DNA from: Mobula hypostoma
Taxonomy: Eukaryota
Direction: 5' to 3'
Length of the DNA stretch: 64,000 nt
NCBI RefSeq assembly: GCF_963921235.1
Contig: NC_086097.1
Location: 63,428,001-63,492,000, forward strand
Below the pieces are notes generated by a model. That model was given only the letters and a program-made list of their open reading frames with translations, did no database searches and had not been told where the DNA came from. Shown here in pieces: positions 1 to 13,617 of this stretch (within the stretch, counting starts at the first letter, position 1; the number at the start of each line of letters is the position of its first letter). Position numbers and translations under genes: made by a program.

Positions 1-745
1 GGCCACTTGCCATCTTTAGGCTGCGTTGGGGAACCATCCCCAGTTGGAGCTGTCTTTGCAGTATGGATTTGGCTGTTTCCCAGGACAGCTGAGTAGCCAT
101 CAGCCACTCTGAGCTAGGTAGGGATCTGGCTGTTTCTGTAGCCAGCTGAGGTTGCTGGCTGTAACTGTGACTTGGAGCAAACCTGAAGCAGAGATGGAAC
201 TGTCTGTTGTTCTTTGATGTTTGTCTCTTCTTGTCTTTGCCTCTGTTGGGTAAGTCTGGCTGTTCTGCCATTACCCAATGGAGGGACCAGTCCCACCTTG
301 GTGTGGAGATAAAGTCAAATCCTGGCTTGTCTAAGGATAAGTCCCAGCTCTATGTTTATGTACTGTCCAGTCTCATGTCAGTGTCGTGTTAAAGATGAGT
401 CCTGGCTCTATGTTGATGTTCAGTTCCTAGTCTGTCTCTGAGCTCCAGCCTCTGAGTATTCAGCCCCTGCATTCCAAGACCAAGACCCCAGCCTGCAGGC
501 CTCAAGACCAAGACCCTAGCCATGTCATGTCATGTCCTTGCCTGGTCTGGGGCCCAAGCCCAGGCTCCTAGTGCATAGTTCCTTGTCTGGGTTCCCTGTC
601 TTGTCCATGTCCTAGCTCAAGTCTGTTCTTGTCCCTGCTCCTTGTCTGTATCCTGTCACGTCCTTACATGGGTCAAGTCCTGTTCCTTCTACTTCAGTGC
701 CTATGTCTTGCATTTGGGTCCATTCCCAACACCCCCATTGTGACA
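1..745 (+). mobile_element. 3' part of a Gypsy-type LTR-like repeat, cut by the window start
   Basis: Internally repetitive (CCAAGACCC, GTCATGTC) sequence ending TTGCATTTGGGTCC...TGTGACA, resembling fish Gypsy LTR 3' ends; composition shifts abruptly to AT-rich after 745. Confidence 0.45.
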
Positions 746-959
746 CTCTTCACTTTCCAAAGCAACTTAAACCTATGGATTGCAAACATAAGATAACATT
801 CTTATGAAAAGGAAGAAAACATTTGCTGGCTTCCTCAGAGCAACTTTAAAATGGCAAAGGTACATCCAAAACAAAAAGTTCATCTTTGACAAAAAGCCAA
901 ATTTGTCCTAATGGCAAAACATGCCCCAAGAAGCTGCAGAATAGTGGTAACTATCCGAA

Positions 960-2100
960 TGCTTAATCTAACATTCAAATAGCATTACTGCTTTGGGCAA
1001 TGTATAAAATATGTTTGATCTGTTTCATCAATTTAATACTTGACCCTGATGCAATTGGCCCTACAGTTTTAATATTTATCAGATCCACAGTGAAATCTGG
1101 CTCCATACTGATTTTTGTAAATCTTCCACCCAACACTCAATATCTTCAACTTTACACCAGAAACTCCCAGGCTATTCATTAACTGATGGCAGAATTTGGT
1201 GATCTTTTCTGTTAATAGAGAATTATCTTCTCTGAGAAGAATGTGCAGTAAATGATATCACCTTAGATTCAGCAGCATCTTGATCCACCAGCAAACTAAT
1301 TCCATTTGTTAATGGCTCACTTAAACTGTAAGTAGAACTGTATCTTGCAATTATTTAGCTTTTTTTTAACCTTTTCCATTTTTTTATTTGTATAAAACTA
1401 CAATTATTTATACATTCTTAAGTACACATTGAGATGATATAAAAGGAAAATAAACATTTAAATAGATAATTATGTACTGTGGTAAATCTAACCTATTAGG
1501 CTAAGTAATGAAATTAGTTGTTAAGAAAAATGGTAATAATAGTTTCCATACAACCCTTCTGGACCATTTCCACTGGTCCAAAATGTTGCATACAAGCCTA
1601 TATACCAACCATTGTACAATGGAACAACCATGGAACAATACATGCCCCAAATAGAGCGTCTCAAAGTTCAGAGGTATCTGGGACCTAAGTACCTTAACTA
1701 ATGTTCTATGAATACCTTCCCAAAATAGACTTAATTTAGGGCAATCCCAGAAAATATGAAAATGATTTGCCTCCTTGGATATTTAGCTTTTTTCAAGAAT
1801 TTTCTTGGAAAAACAAGTGGAATCAAAATTTGAATCCTGGAGAAAATGTGATTGCTTTCTCTGAGATAAATACAAAATGTGATCTTTTTTAAGCAATACC
1901 TGCCATCTATAGGATTAAATATATTCACTAATGTTGTTTTACTGTTGCTTGGAATCATATTATAAATTGATATCCATGTCTCAGAGTACTTTAAGCCTGT
2001 TACATTGAATATTTCATATTTATTTGTCAAAATTTAATTTCCATGAATATTTTAACCTAATTTATAAAACCACAAATATGATAAGCTTTTATTAACATTC
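960..2100 (-). mobile_element. highly decayed L1/Tx1-like LINE remnants
   Basis: Poly(T) run near 1359-1390 (poly-A tail on minus strand); weak RT-like peptides (DQTYFI near 1010; ORF 1731-2030). Confidence 0.3.
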
Positions 2101-2106
2101 AATCTA

Positions 2107-2920
2107 TTGACATTGTTACTTTCAATCTCAAACACTTCACTCATCCAGGCTGCTGTTCCCACATGCATCAAGTTAGCCACCATCTTGGTTGTACGAAAGA
2201 ACTCCACACCTTCAGGACAGAATCACTACCACCTGGTGGCACTGATGCCAATCATCATGAAGTACTTTGAATGGCTGGTAAAGACACACATCAAAAATGC
2301 CATTCCAGCAACATTGGACACTCACCAATATGCTTGCTGCCAGAACCACTCTGCAACACGTGCTATGACATCTGCCATGCACCTGGCCCTGACACACCAA
2401 GAAAACAAGAATATTTATGTCAGAGTGCTGTTTCTGGATTTCAGTTCCACCATTTTTCCACAGATCTTGGTGAACAAGCTCCTACACCTCGGTCTAAATA
2501 CACCATTGTGCAACTGAATGTTGGACTTCCCAATCAATAGACCTCAGGTAGTCAGGATGGACTCCTCCCTCCCTGTCATCCTCAACATGCTCTCCCCCAG
2601 GGCTGTGTACTGAGCCCACTGCTGTACACTCTGCTCAAACACGACTGCATAGCCAAACACCCAAGTAATCACATTGTCAAGTTCGCTAATGACGCAACAG
2701 TGGTAGGGCGCACCACCAACAATGAGACGGCCTACAGAGAGGAGATGGAAGAGCTTGAGGCCTAGTGCCAGGCAAATAACTTCTTCCTCAATGTCAACAA
2801 AACAAAGGACATTGATATCAGCTTCAGGAGAACTTGCACCTCTCTTTACATCGGCGAAACAGCAGTGGAAACTGCGAGCAGCTTCAAACTCCTGGGAGTG
2901 CACATCTCGCACAACCTCAC
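2107..2920 (+). mobile_element. Rex1/Babar LINE RT fragment, frameshifted
   Basis: VALMPIIMKYFEWLV, YVRVLFLDFSS, PLCNW-like and IVKFANDATVVG motifs. Confidence 0.85.
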
Positions 2921-3441
2921 ATAATGAGGTGAACAACATTACACCCCCTCTGCCTTATACTTATGATGATAAATAGACACGAGGCACTTCAAGCATGATA
3001 ACTGAAAAAATACCCATCATTTCTCAAACGTTAGTGAAGCTCACTCCTCCTCTCCACCCCCAGGAGTTTCAAGGGCCATCGGGATCAATGTGTATGCAGT
3101 CTCATGACACTGACTAGGTTCTGAAAATGAAGTTCTGTATGGAATGTGTGACTATCAATATAACTACTACAATTCAAAGCTCAAATTAGAATATTCCACA
3201 ACGCAGACTCATTTCTCATATATGCTTGACTGCCAGAGGGGTAACTTTCTCATTACACCAGAAATTCCTTTTATCTTTCTGACAGATTTAATGAGGTCAA
3301 TTTGTGTCGGAAACTGAAGGAAATGATTTATGGCTTAGCATAAGTATATGACAGGAGAAAAACTTGGGAATTAATCACTACTCCTTTGCAGTATTCCAGA
3401 TGGATTGTGAATTTTCACGATCCTGTTATCTTCCTATAGAG

Positions 3442-3520
3442 CAGGGGTTCCGAACCTTTTTCAAGCTACGGACCCTTACCATTAACCAGGGGATCTGTGG
3501 ACCCCAATTTGGAACCCCTG
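3442..3520. mobile_element. 79-bp hAT/Charlie-type MITE
   Basis: TIRs CAGGGGTTCC...GGAACCCCTG; 8-bp TSD CTATAGAG (3434-3441) / CTATAGAC (3521-3528). Confidence 0.8.
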
Positions 3521-3869
3521 CTATAGACGGATGTCCAAAACAAATGCTAATGAACAACTGCTACTCAGGAAATTGCCGATAGCGTCCATACCCATGAATG
3601 AGTGGAACGTAATTTCACTGGTGAGATGTCACCTACATTACATCACTTAAAGCTCTTGCATCTGGCAAAATATTTCACACCATTCCCATTTTACTGCGCA
3701 CTTTCATTCCCTGTGCAATAAGAGTAACTTGTATGCATAAACTAGCCTTTTCAGGTGATCAAGCTGAAAAACAGTCTCAACTTCCTTCAGCGCTCTACAC
3801 CACTTCTCTACTTGGTATCTTCTGCACATGTGCACAGGACAAGATCAAGTATTATGAGCTTCCTTATAT

Positions 3870-4345
3870 CCCAAGCCAATCACCACCAGGGTCAGGAGCA
3901 GTTATTGCCCTACAGCCATCAGGCTCCTGAACCAGCATGGATCACTCTCCACAACTCCACGCTCATTCTCTCACCTACTGCCTCACTTTCAAGGACTTTT
4001 TCACAGCTTATCTTCACAGTATGATTTTTTTTTATTTGCACAGTTTGTCCTCTTTTGCACATTAGCTGTTTGTCAGTCTTTGGTTTTGTTTCTAGTATTT
4101 CATAAATTCCATTTTATTTTTTTCAGTTTCCTCTAAATGCCTGCAAAAAAATGAATCTCAGGGATGTATGCGGTGACATAAACATAAGCTGGTAATTAAT
4201 TTACTTTGTCTTTGACTTTTCATAGATTCTACTGTATTTCTTTATTTTTCCTGTAAACGTCTGCAAGAAAATGAATCTCAAGGTAGTGTATGGTAAAGTG
4301 TACGTACTGTACTTTGATAATAAATTCACATCGAACCCTGAACTT
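3870..4345 (+). mobile_element. Rex1-type LINE 3' tails, two tandem copies of the terminal motif
   Basis: CCTGCAAGAAAATGAATCTCA...ATAAATTTACTTTG-like tail seen twice; same tail recurs near 18180-18260. Confidence 0.6.
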
Positions 4346-4660
4346 TAAAAATAGGAACACTGACAAAGTAGGACAATGAAGGGAGATCTGGTAGATTTGC
4401 TGCCCTGCAACTCCCACAACTATGTTTAGCCACTCACTGTCTACGTAGAATTTACATCCTGTGACCATGTGAACTTCAAGTTTCAAGTTTATTGTCACAG
4501 GAATAAATGCCACAGAAATTAGCTTTTAGCAGCACAGTGTATTACAAAATGATTACATAAGTTACAAAAACTTAAATTAACCTAATTACACATCATTTAC
4601 ACAACAGAATAAACACAATGACAGTGCAAGTTGAGGGAACTATAGTATGAAGTAGAACTA

Positions 4661-5402
4661 AGGCTGATTTATACTTGTGCGTCCAATGTACGCCGTAGGT
4701 GCGGCGTAGCCGCGTATCCTACACTGTACCCTACACCGAACCCTAGCCGTAGCCTAACTCGCACCTCTCCAAAATGTAACCACGCGTCGCAGCGACGCAG
4801 ACCGAAACAACTGTGATTGGTCCGCTTGGTAGCATCACATTTCCAATATCTTCCCATTGGGTGACTGAAGGGCAGGGAGGGAGCTCTGTCTGCAATGCTT
4901 TCCATAAGGCTTTACAGACCTCCAAAATTATGGAGGACACTGTGCTTGATGCCAGTTTGTAGCTAGCTGCTACAGCCTGTTGACTTCCACCTGAAGCTAA
5001 AACTCGAATGGTGACTGCCAGTCTCTGAGTATACTGTGTGTACACTGATGCGAAATAAATGGTTGGAGATGATGAACCAAATCGTCAAATCTACCTGCCG
5101 ACATCCGAAAATATTTGAAATACATTTCCTCGTCCATGTCTCTCAGTGGCCGGACAAGCACAGAAAATTCACTATCCTTCAGTTTCAGTCACCATTGTTT
5201 GAAGTTTGAGTTTCTTCGTGTTGAGTTTCAACACGAAGAAACTCAACACAGTGGCATAAAAACCTCTCCACCAACTAGCGTTTTGGCAGTGAATTGCAGA
5301 GCGACACAGAGACACCAACACACAAGTATAAATGCTTACAACAGCGTAGCCCACTTGCATAGGCTATGGCGTAAGCTAGTACGCACAAGTATGAATCAGC
5401 CT
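4661..5402 (-). mobile_element. internally deleted PIF/Harbinger DNA transposon
   Basis: ~22-bp TIRs AGGCTGATT(T/C)ATACTTGTGCGT; 3-bp flanks CTA/TTA; minus-strand transposase pieces [16 protein letters not shown] and [41 protein letters not shown]. Confidence 0.85.
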
Positions 5403-6175
5403 TTAGGGTGTTTCCAGTTGGTTCAAGACAGATATGGCTATTTTTAATTCCACATGCAGTATGTAATTCAGTTTTCAAATACCTACTTGTCATATTCTCT
5501 ATATATGGTCTGCATTTCAATTCTCTGAAAGTTGCTATTTCTCATTTGGAGAAAAATGATGGTGTTCTCATATGTAGCATCCTTTCTGGGTCCAAACAAA
5601 GGTGCAATTGTTCATCCTTTATGTGTTTTTTACAATTGAAAGACACTGTTGTACATTAAGAACATTTAAGCAAGAGTGCCCCTCCAGTAAGTTGTTGGAT
5701 ATCACTGGATCTGGACTTGTTTACTGTGTTGCAGCCTACTTCACCCACCCAGATGGTATATGATCCAAGATGCGGTGGAAACAATTGGCTTGGATTATTT
5801 TCTCAACACCCTGTTGGACATTGGTAATGTAGAGTACTGCGAGTCCAATTCTCCAGTCCATTTGGCAAGATCAAGGGCAGGGGAGCCGTGTTTCCCTGGT
5901 TGTTACACAGAGAAGGCCCTCATGCCTCAGATTTGCCTATTGTAGTCACTGCAAAGGAAATGCGAGAGCTTGTTGTGTGCTGCTGGATTCTATACTGGGT
6001 TAGGGGCGGACCCCTCCCATTGGTGCTGTCCTCTCGTACTCACTCCTGGGAAGACAAGTTGGATTGCATCCATCTGTGTGCTGCAATTCTGCAAAATGAG
6101 GATCTGCGGTGGCTCCAGGACAACATCCATCCACCATCAATCTACAGGCTGTGACACTCAGGGGTTTGGGCTACT

Positions 6176-7520
6176 CTGGAGACAGTTTATCCACTGATGT
6201 CTACTATAAGCCTACTGACTCTCACAGCTATCTGGACTATTCCTCTTCTCACCCTGTCTCTTGCAAAAATGCCATCCCCTTCTCGCAATTCCTCCGTCTC
6301 CGCCGCATCTGCTCTCAGGATGAGGCTTTTCATTCCAGGACAAGGGAGATGTCTTCCTTTTTTAAAGAAAGGGGCTTCCCTTCCTCCACCATCAACTCTG
6401 CTCTTAAACGCATCTCCCCCATTTCACGCACATCTGCTCTCACTCCATCCTCCCGCCACCCCACTAGGAACAGGGTTCCCCTGGTCCTCACCTACCACCC
6501 CACCAGCCTCCGGGTCCAACATATTATTCTCCGTAACTTCCGCTACTTCCAACGGGATCCCACCACTAAGCACATCTTTCCCTCCTCCCCCTGCTTTCCG
6601 CAGGGATCGCTCCCTTTGCGACTCCCTTGTCCATTCTTCCCCCCCCCCCCCATCCCTTCCCACTGATCTCCCTCCTGGCACTTATCCATGTAAGCGGAAC
6701 AAGTGCTACACATGCCCTTACACTTCCTCCCTTACCACCATTCAGGGCCCCAAACAGTCCTTCCCAGTGAGGCGACACTTCACCTGTGAGTCGGCTGGGG
6801 TGATATACTGCGTCCGGTGCTCCCGATGTGGCCTTCTATATATTGGCGAGACCCGACGCAGACTGGGAGACCGCTTTGCTGAACACATACGCTCTGTCTG
6901 CCAGAGAAAGCAGGATCTCCCAATGGCCACACATTTTAATTCCACATCCCATTCCCACTCTGACATGTCTATCCACAGCCTCTTCCACTGTAAAGATGAA
7001 GCCACACTCAGGTTGGAGGAACAACAGCTTATATTCCGTTAGAGTAGCCTCCAACCTGATGGAATGAACATTGACTTCTCTAACTTCCACTACTGCCCCA
7101 CCTCCCCCTCGTACCCCATCCGTTATGTATTTTTATACACACATTCTTTCTCTCACTCTCTTTTTTCTCCCTCTGTCCCTCTGACTATACCCCTTGCCTG
7201 TCCTCTGGGTTCCCCCCCCCCAACTTGTCTTTCCCCCTGGACTTCCTGTCCCATGATTTTCTCATATCCCTTTTGCCAATCACCTGTCCAGCTCTTGGCT
7301 CCATCCCTCCTCCTCCTGTCTTCTCCTATCATTTTGGATCTCCCCCTCCCCCTCCCATTTTTAAATCTCTTACTAACTCTTCCTTCAGTTAGCCCTGACG
7401 AAGCGTCTCGGCCTGAAACGTTGACTGTACCTCTTCCTAGAGATGCTGCCTGGCCTGCTGCATTCACCAGCAACTTTGATGTGTGTTGCTTGAATTTCCA
7501 GCATCTGCAGAATTCTTGTT
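6176..7520 (+). mobile_element. 5'-truncated Penelope-like retroelement (RT C-terminus, GIY-YIG endonuclease, 3' terminal repeat)
   Basis: LSTDVYYKPTDSHSYLDYSSSHP, SQFLRLRRICS, VIYCVRCSRCGLLYIGETRRRLGDRFAEH; frameshifts in C-runs. Confidence 0.92.
7389..7427 (+). ncRNA. minimal type I hammerhead ribozyme motif in Penelope terminal repeat, degenerate
   Basis: CTGACGA (7395-7401), stem II, GAAA (7415-7418), CG, UH, GACT. Confidence 0.6.
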
Positions 7521-7733
7521 GTTTGAGTATTATTATTATTATTTTTGTAACTGTATATTTTTCTGCTATCATAATGTTATGTGCTGTGTGTGACTGTTGG
7601 TGCTGTGTTGCGTACCTTGGCCCTGGAGGAACACTGTCCCGTTCGACAGTATTCCTGTGAATGGTTGAATGACAATTAAACTCGAACTTGAACTTGAAAT
7701 TGGGTGTAGACTGGCCAGAATCCAGGCCATATA

Positions 7734-8930
7734 CAAGTCAAGTCAAGTTTATTATCATTTAACTATATGCATGTATATCGTCAAACAGGACAATTTTTTC
7801 CAGACCAGGGTGTAAAGCAAAGTAGTGCACAGAGCACACAATAACTTAAGAAAGTAAGAATTAAATGTATAAATGAATCATGCATAAATAAACAAAGTAA
7901 AGTGCATAAATTAAATATTGTAAGTTTCAGAACAGTTTAGCTGGTGACATTTTGAATGCAATACAGCAGGGAGTTCAGAAGCCTAACGGCCTGTGGGAAG
8001 AAGCTGTTCCCCATCCTGACCGTTCTTGCCTTTATGCATCAGAGTCTCCTGCCTGGTTATAGAAAGTCAAAGAGGATGCTGGGTGGATGGGTGGGATCCT
8101 TGATAACACTAAGGGTCCTGATCCTGATGAATGTCCCCAGTGGATGGGAGGGAGACTCCTGTGATGCTCTCAGTCATTCTCACAGGCCTTTGTAGGGACT
8201 TTCACTCTGAGGCTCGACTGCTCCCATACCAGCTGGAGATGCAGCTTGTTAAGATAGTCTCAATGTTGCTCCTCTAAAACTTAGTTAAGATATTGGGGTG
8301 GGGGGAGCGGAATCTCGCTTACCTCAGTCTCCTCAGGAAGTGGAGGCACTGCTGTGCCTTCTTATTCAGGGAGGTGACTTTGCAGGGCTGGGTGAGGTCA
8401 TCTGTGATGTGAACTCCCAGGAACTTGGTGCACTTAACTTTCTCTATGAAGGACACATGTATACACAAAGGGGGATGGTTCATCTGCTCTTTCCTAAAGT
8501 CCACAATCACTTCCTTGGTCTTCTCCACATTCAGACAATGTAGGTTGTTGTTCTCACACCAGTCAACCAGCCACTCCATCTCCTCTCTGTACTCAGACTC
8601 ATCGTCGTTGTTGATGAGGCCAGCCACTGTGGTGTCATCTGCAAATTTGATGATGCGGTTTGAGCTGGATCCTGCGACACAGTCATGCATCAGCAGTGTG
8701 AGCGGGAGCGGGCAGAGCACACAGCCTTGGGGAGCACCAGTGCTCAGTGTAATGGGATGAGAGACGTTGCTGCCCACACAGACTGACTGTGGCCTTTCCG
8801 TTAAGAAGTGCAGGATCCAGTTACAGAGGGGGTGTGTTGAGATCCAGTGAGGACAGTTTCCCCACCTGTTTCTGAGGTACGATGCTGTTGAATCAGAGTC
8901 AATGGAATCAATTGAAGTCAACAATACCCT
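7734..8930 (-). mobile_element. Rex1/Babar LINE 3' fragment
   Basis: ORF 8319-8924: [51 protein letters not shown]; (CAAGT)n tail near 7734. Confidence 0.88.
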
Positions 8931-9762
8931 GATGACTAACTTCCTCTATCACATCTGATTTCGAGCTCCGTGTGGTATGAAAAGCATTCCTCTTGCATTC
9001 CCCTCAATCTCCTCAATTCCTCCTTCAGTACCCCCACTCTCCTCATCCCACTCAACTATCCCCACCCATCCCAACACACACATTCTCCTCACCATAAACA
9101 AATTAGGTTGCCTCCCCTCTCTCAGGCATCTAAGGAATACAAGTGCCCATATAAAGAAGTAACTACAGTTAAAGTGTACTAAAATGGGAGAACTGACAGG
9201 GAATTAAATATTATAGATGGAATACACAAATAGTATCTTTTTCCCAAGGTTGAAATATTTAATTCAAAGATTCAAAGTGCATTTACTATCAACAAATGTA
9301 TAAATAATGTTTGCTTACAGGCAGTTGCAGAGCAAGGAACCCAAAAGACCTTAATTTTTAAAAATGAGTCCAACCCCCGGTGCCCACAGAGAAATAGAAA
9401 AAAACACACAAATCATGCAAGCAATAGACACGAGCAACAACAACAACATTCTGAACCAAATTGAGTCCTTAGATCCAAAGCCCTGGAGCCGCCCGGAGTA
9501 GGCCCAAAGCCTCAGTATTCAGTTCATCATATTCATGGGGTAAATCGTTGCAAGGTTCACAAGCACAAAGCACAGCAGCCAGGGGCAGTCTCACAGTCTT
9601 AACATGGTGGAGAGAGGAACCCCCAGACTATCTGAACTGGCGTTTAAGTTGTACGGACCTCGCACTAGGACCCAGTCCCGCCATGGCAATTTGCTTCGGC
9701 CTAGATTTCGCTGCCAGAGGGCATGTACTTAAGGTGAGAGGGAATAATTTCAGAGATGTGAG

Positions 9763-9991
9763 TGTGGTAAACCATGTATATATGTTGTAACTGGGTTACC
9801 TGTCTGGACACACCCCTCTGCTGACTGCCCCTGTGGCTCCTCCCACAGAGACCTGTATAAAGGTGTTCACCTTGCCCCTCCCCCTCAGTCCAGAGGCAGA
9901 CACTCACTGTGGAGGTCGTATTGTACAGCAAATAAAAGTCTTTCAGTATTTTACCAAACCTCAGTCTTTTGGAATAATTGAAGATGCTTCA
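9763..9991 (+). repeat. Gypsy 5' LTR
   Basis: TGTGG...CTTCA; TATAAA near 9855, AATAAA near 9931; 11 substitutions versus the 3' LTR by manual count. Confidence 0.95.
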
Positions 9992-10017
9992 ATTTTATTC
10001 GCTGTACGTTTTAAAAC

Positions 10018-10425
10018 ATGGAACAGTCTCTGAGACCAGAAAAATTAGACCTCAATCCGCAAACACCTGAAGCTGGAAACGCTTTCGAACTCTGGCTGGC
10101 CTGCTTCAAAGCGTATCTAGAGGAGATTAAAGCCACCGACCCCATAGGGAAGCGCAGAGTTCTACTCTCCAGGGTCAGTCCACGGGTCTATTCGCTGATC
10201 AGAGACCAGCCGAACTACGACGGCGCGATGAACGCACTCAGAAGACAATACCTGCGGCCGATAAACAGCGTCTATGCTCGGCCTCGGCTGCAGCCAGTCG
10301 TGAGTCCGCGAAGTGCTACTTTTGTGGACTGGAGAAGCACCCCCGGAAACGCTGCCTGGCCCGACAAGCTACCTGCTCCAGCTGCGGAAAGAAGGGCCAC
10401 TTCGCCAAGATCTGTAAGTCAAAAC
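10018..10425 (+). pseudogene. gag: Gypsy gag, internally deleted and frameshifted, with two CCHC knuckles
   Basis: ATG at 10018; after a frame jump near 10280, CYFCGLEKHPRKRC and CSSCGKKGHFAKIC at 10314-10415. Confidence 0.85.
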
Positions 10426-10571
10426 CGCGAGCGGGATCGAGCAGCGCCGCGTGCGAGACGTGGGGGTCGCCATCTTCCCTGCCGCCATCTTCCCTGCACA
10501 CCACCACCACGTGCGAGACATGGGGGCGGCCATCTTGGTCGGCGCCACCTCTCACCGCCTACGACCAACGG

Positions 10572-13541
10572 GTGCTCACGGGGCACCCCACCACACCGGA
10601 CCAAGACAGCAACCCCACCCTGGCTTCCGTGACCCTCGACCAAAGCGCTCCCCACCAGCTCGCAAGGTCAATGATGGACATCCTGGTGGAGGGGCACAGG
10701 ACAAGCTGCCTGTTTGACACAGGCAGCACAGAGAGTTTTATCCACCCGGCCACGATGCAGCATTGTGGACTCATGATACGGCCGGTAAGTCGGAGGGTCA
10801 CCATGGCCTCCAGGTCGCATACAACAGACATCCGGGGGGATTGTGTAGCGACACTAGTGGTGCAGGGCACAGAATATCGGGACTTTACATTACTGGTCTT
10901 GCCTCAACTGTGTGCCCCTGTGCTGTTGGGGTTGGACTTCCAGAGCCACCTGAAAAGCATGACAATGAAGTATGATGGGCCCCTCCTGCCAATTACTGTC
11001 ATAAATCCCCTGTTTTGTAGAGATATGTCACGTACCCCGCTACTGACCACACACACACACCGACCCGCACATCCCACCCAACATCATGCCAACTACCACA
11101 CTACTGACACCACTTGCGGCCTCTCCACCCTCAAGATCCCTCCCCCACCGCTGTTCGCCAACCTGACCCCCGACTGTAAACCCATGGCAACTAAAAGCAG
11201 GAGGTACAGCGCGGGGGACAGAGCTTTCATTAAGTCGGAGGTGCAGCGGCTGCTCAGGGAGGGGGTCATTGAGGTAAGCACAAGTCCTTGGAGGGCGCAG
11301 GTAGTCGTTCGGAACGGGGAGAAAAATAGGATGGTCGTGGACTATAGCCAGACCATCAATAGGTTCACGCAGCTCGACGCGTACCCGCTACCCTGCATCG
11401 CGGATATGGTCAATCAGATAGCACAGTACAAGGTGTACTCGACCATAGGCCTAAAATCCACTTACCATCAGCTCCCCATCCGCCGGGAGGACCACCCTTA
11501 CACTGCCTTCGAGGCGGACGGCAGACTTTATCAATTCCTGCGCGTCCCCTTTGGTGTCACGAATGGTGTATCTGTCTTCCAGAGGGCAGTGGACCGAATG
11601 GTGGACCAGTGCCAACTGAAGGCCACGTTCCCATATCTGGATAACATCACCATCTGCGGTCACGACCAGCAGGATCTCGACAACAACCTCCAAAAATTTC
11701 TCCAAGCGGCCAAATCTTTCAACCTCACCTATAACAAGGACAAGTGTGTATTTGGGACCACCCGACTTGCTATCCTTGAGTGTGTCGTGGAGAGTGGAGT
11801 CATTGGCCCTGACCCCGACCGTATGCGCCCCTTGTTGGAACTCCCTCTTCCCAATACCCTCAGAGCCCTCAAAAGGTGCCTGGGCTTCTTTTCATATTAC
11901 GCCCAACTATGCAGACAAGGCCCGCCCCCTGGTCATGTCCACCACATTCCCCCTCTCTGCCGAGGCCCACACGGCCTTCAACCTCATAAAAGGGGACATT
12001 GCCAAAGCAGCAATGCATGCGGTGGATGAGGCCATTCCCTTCCAAGTAGAGAGTGACGCCTCCGACTTTGCGCTGGCTGCTACCCTCAACCAGGCAGGAA
12101 GACCAGTGGCGTTCTTCTCCCGTACCCTTCAAGGCCCTGAAATTCGGCACTCTGCAGTAGAGAAAGAGGCCCAGGCCATAGTGGAAGCTATAAGGCAATG
12201 GAGGCACTATCTTGCCGGCAAAAGATTCACCCTGCTAACTGACCAGCGCTCAGTCGCGTTCATGTTTAATAATCAGCAGCGGAGCAAATCAAAAATGATA
12301 AGATTCTGAGGTGGAGAATCGAACTCTCCACCTACAACTATGACATCATGTACAGGCCTGGGAAGCTCAACGAACCCTCCGATGCCCTATCCCGGGGAAC
12401 ATGCGCCAGCGCGCAGATCGACCGGCTATACGCCCTACATGTAGACCTTTGCCACCCGGGAGTCATCCGGCTTTTCCACTTCGTGAAAGCCCGGAACCTG
12501 CCTTACTCCCTTGAGGAGATCAGGATGATGACCAGGGACTGCCAAGTCTGCGCAGAGTGCAAACCGCACTTCTACCGACCCGAAAAGGCACAACTCATCA
12601 AGGCCACCCGCCCCTTTGAGCGACTGAGTGTTGACTTTAAGGGCCCCCTTCCCTCCATCGACCGCAATGTGTACTTTCTTAACGTAATTGACGAGTACTC
12701 GCGGTTCCCCTTCGCCATCCCCTGCCCCGACACCACTACCACGTCAGTTATAAAAGCCCTGCGCAAGCTCTTCACTCTGTTCAGATACCCATGCTATATC
12801 CACAGTGACAGAGGGTCCTCGTTTATGAGTGACGAGCTGCGCCAATACCTACTGGCTAGGGGAATTGCAACTAGTAGGACCACGAGCTATAATCCCCGGG
12901 GGAATGGACAGGTAGAGAAGGAGAATGGCACGGTGTGGAAAGCCACACTCTTAGCCCTCAGGTCAAAGGGACGGCCGGTCTCCCGCTGGCAGGAGGTCCT
13001 TCCTGAGGCACTCCACTCCATCCGCTCCCTGTTATGCACAGCCACCAATGCCACCCCTCATGAGTGGCTCTTTTCTTTTCCCAGGAAGTTGACCACCGCG
13101 ACCACCCTACCATCTTGGCTGACGTCCCCGGGGCCAGTGCTGCTCCGGAAACATGTGAGGAGCAATAAATACTCCCCGATAGTCGAGAGGGTTCACTTAC
13201 TTCATGCGAACCCCCAGTATGCCTACGTGGTTTTACCTGATGGGCGGGAGGACACGGTCTCCATCCGCGACCTGGCGCCCGCAGGAGCTCCGGGCCCCTA
13301 CCCTGAACACTCCGTGGTGACTATTGACCCCGTACCCACCAATGTATGTACCTACGAGACACCGTACACCCCAAACCCTATACAGACACCACACGACACT
13401 CCCATACCGGGCGAGACGCACACGCACGAGGGATTACCGACGCCTAACGTGCTGGCACCTGAAGTCAGGCCGGAGCCAGCACAACCGCCAACGCTGGTAC
13501 AATCACCGCCGGTGCTACGTAGATCACAGCGACGGACTTGA
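10572..13541 (+). pseudogene. pol: Gypsy pol (protease, RT, RNase H, integrase), split by two frameshifts
   Basis: LFDTGS; SPWRAQVV/RMVVDY/PFGVTNG/YLDN; VESDASD/EKEAQA/LLTDQRS; HHCC, VDFKGP, HSDRGS, GNGQVEK. Confidence 0.93.
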
Positions 13542-13617
13542 CCGCCTGATAGACTTGACCTGTAAATATACTTCTTGTAAATATTGTCAGTCACTTTTTA
13601 AAAAAAGGAGGGGTGAA

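Noticed and set aside
7064..7660. 198-aa ORF and the many other short ORFs in the track
   Set aside because: They are low-complexity UTR translations or antisense shadows of transposon ORFs.
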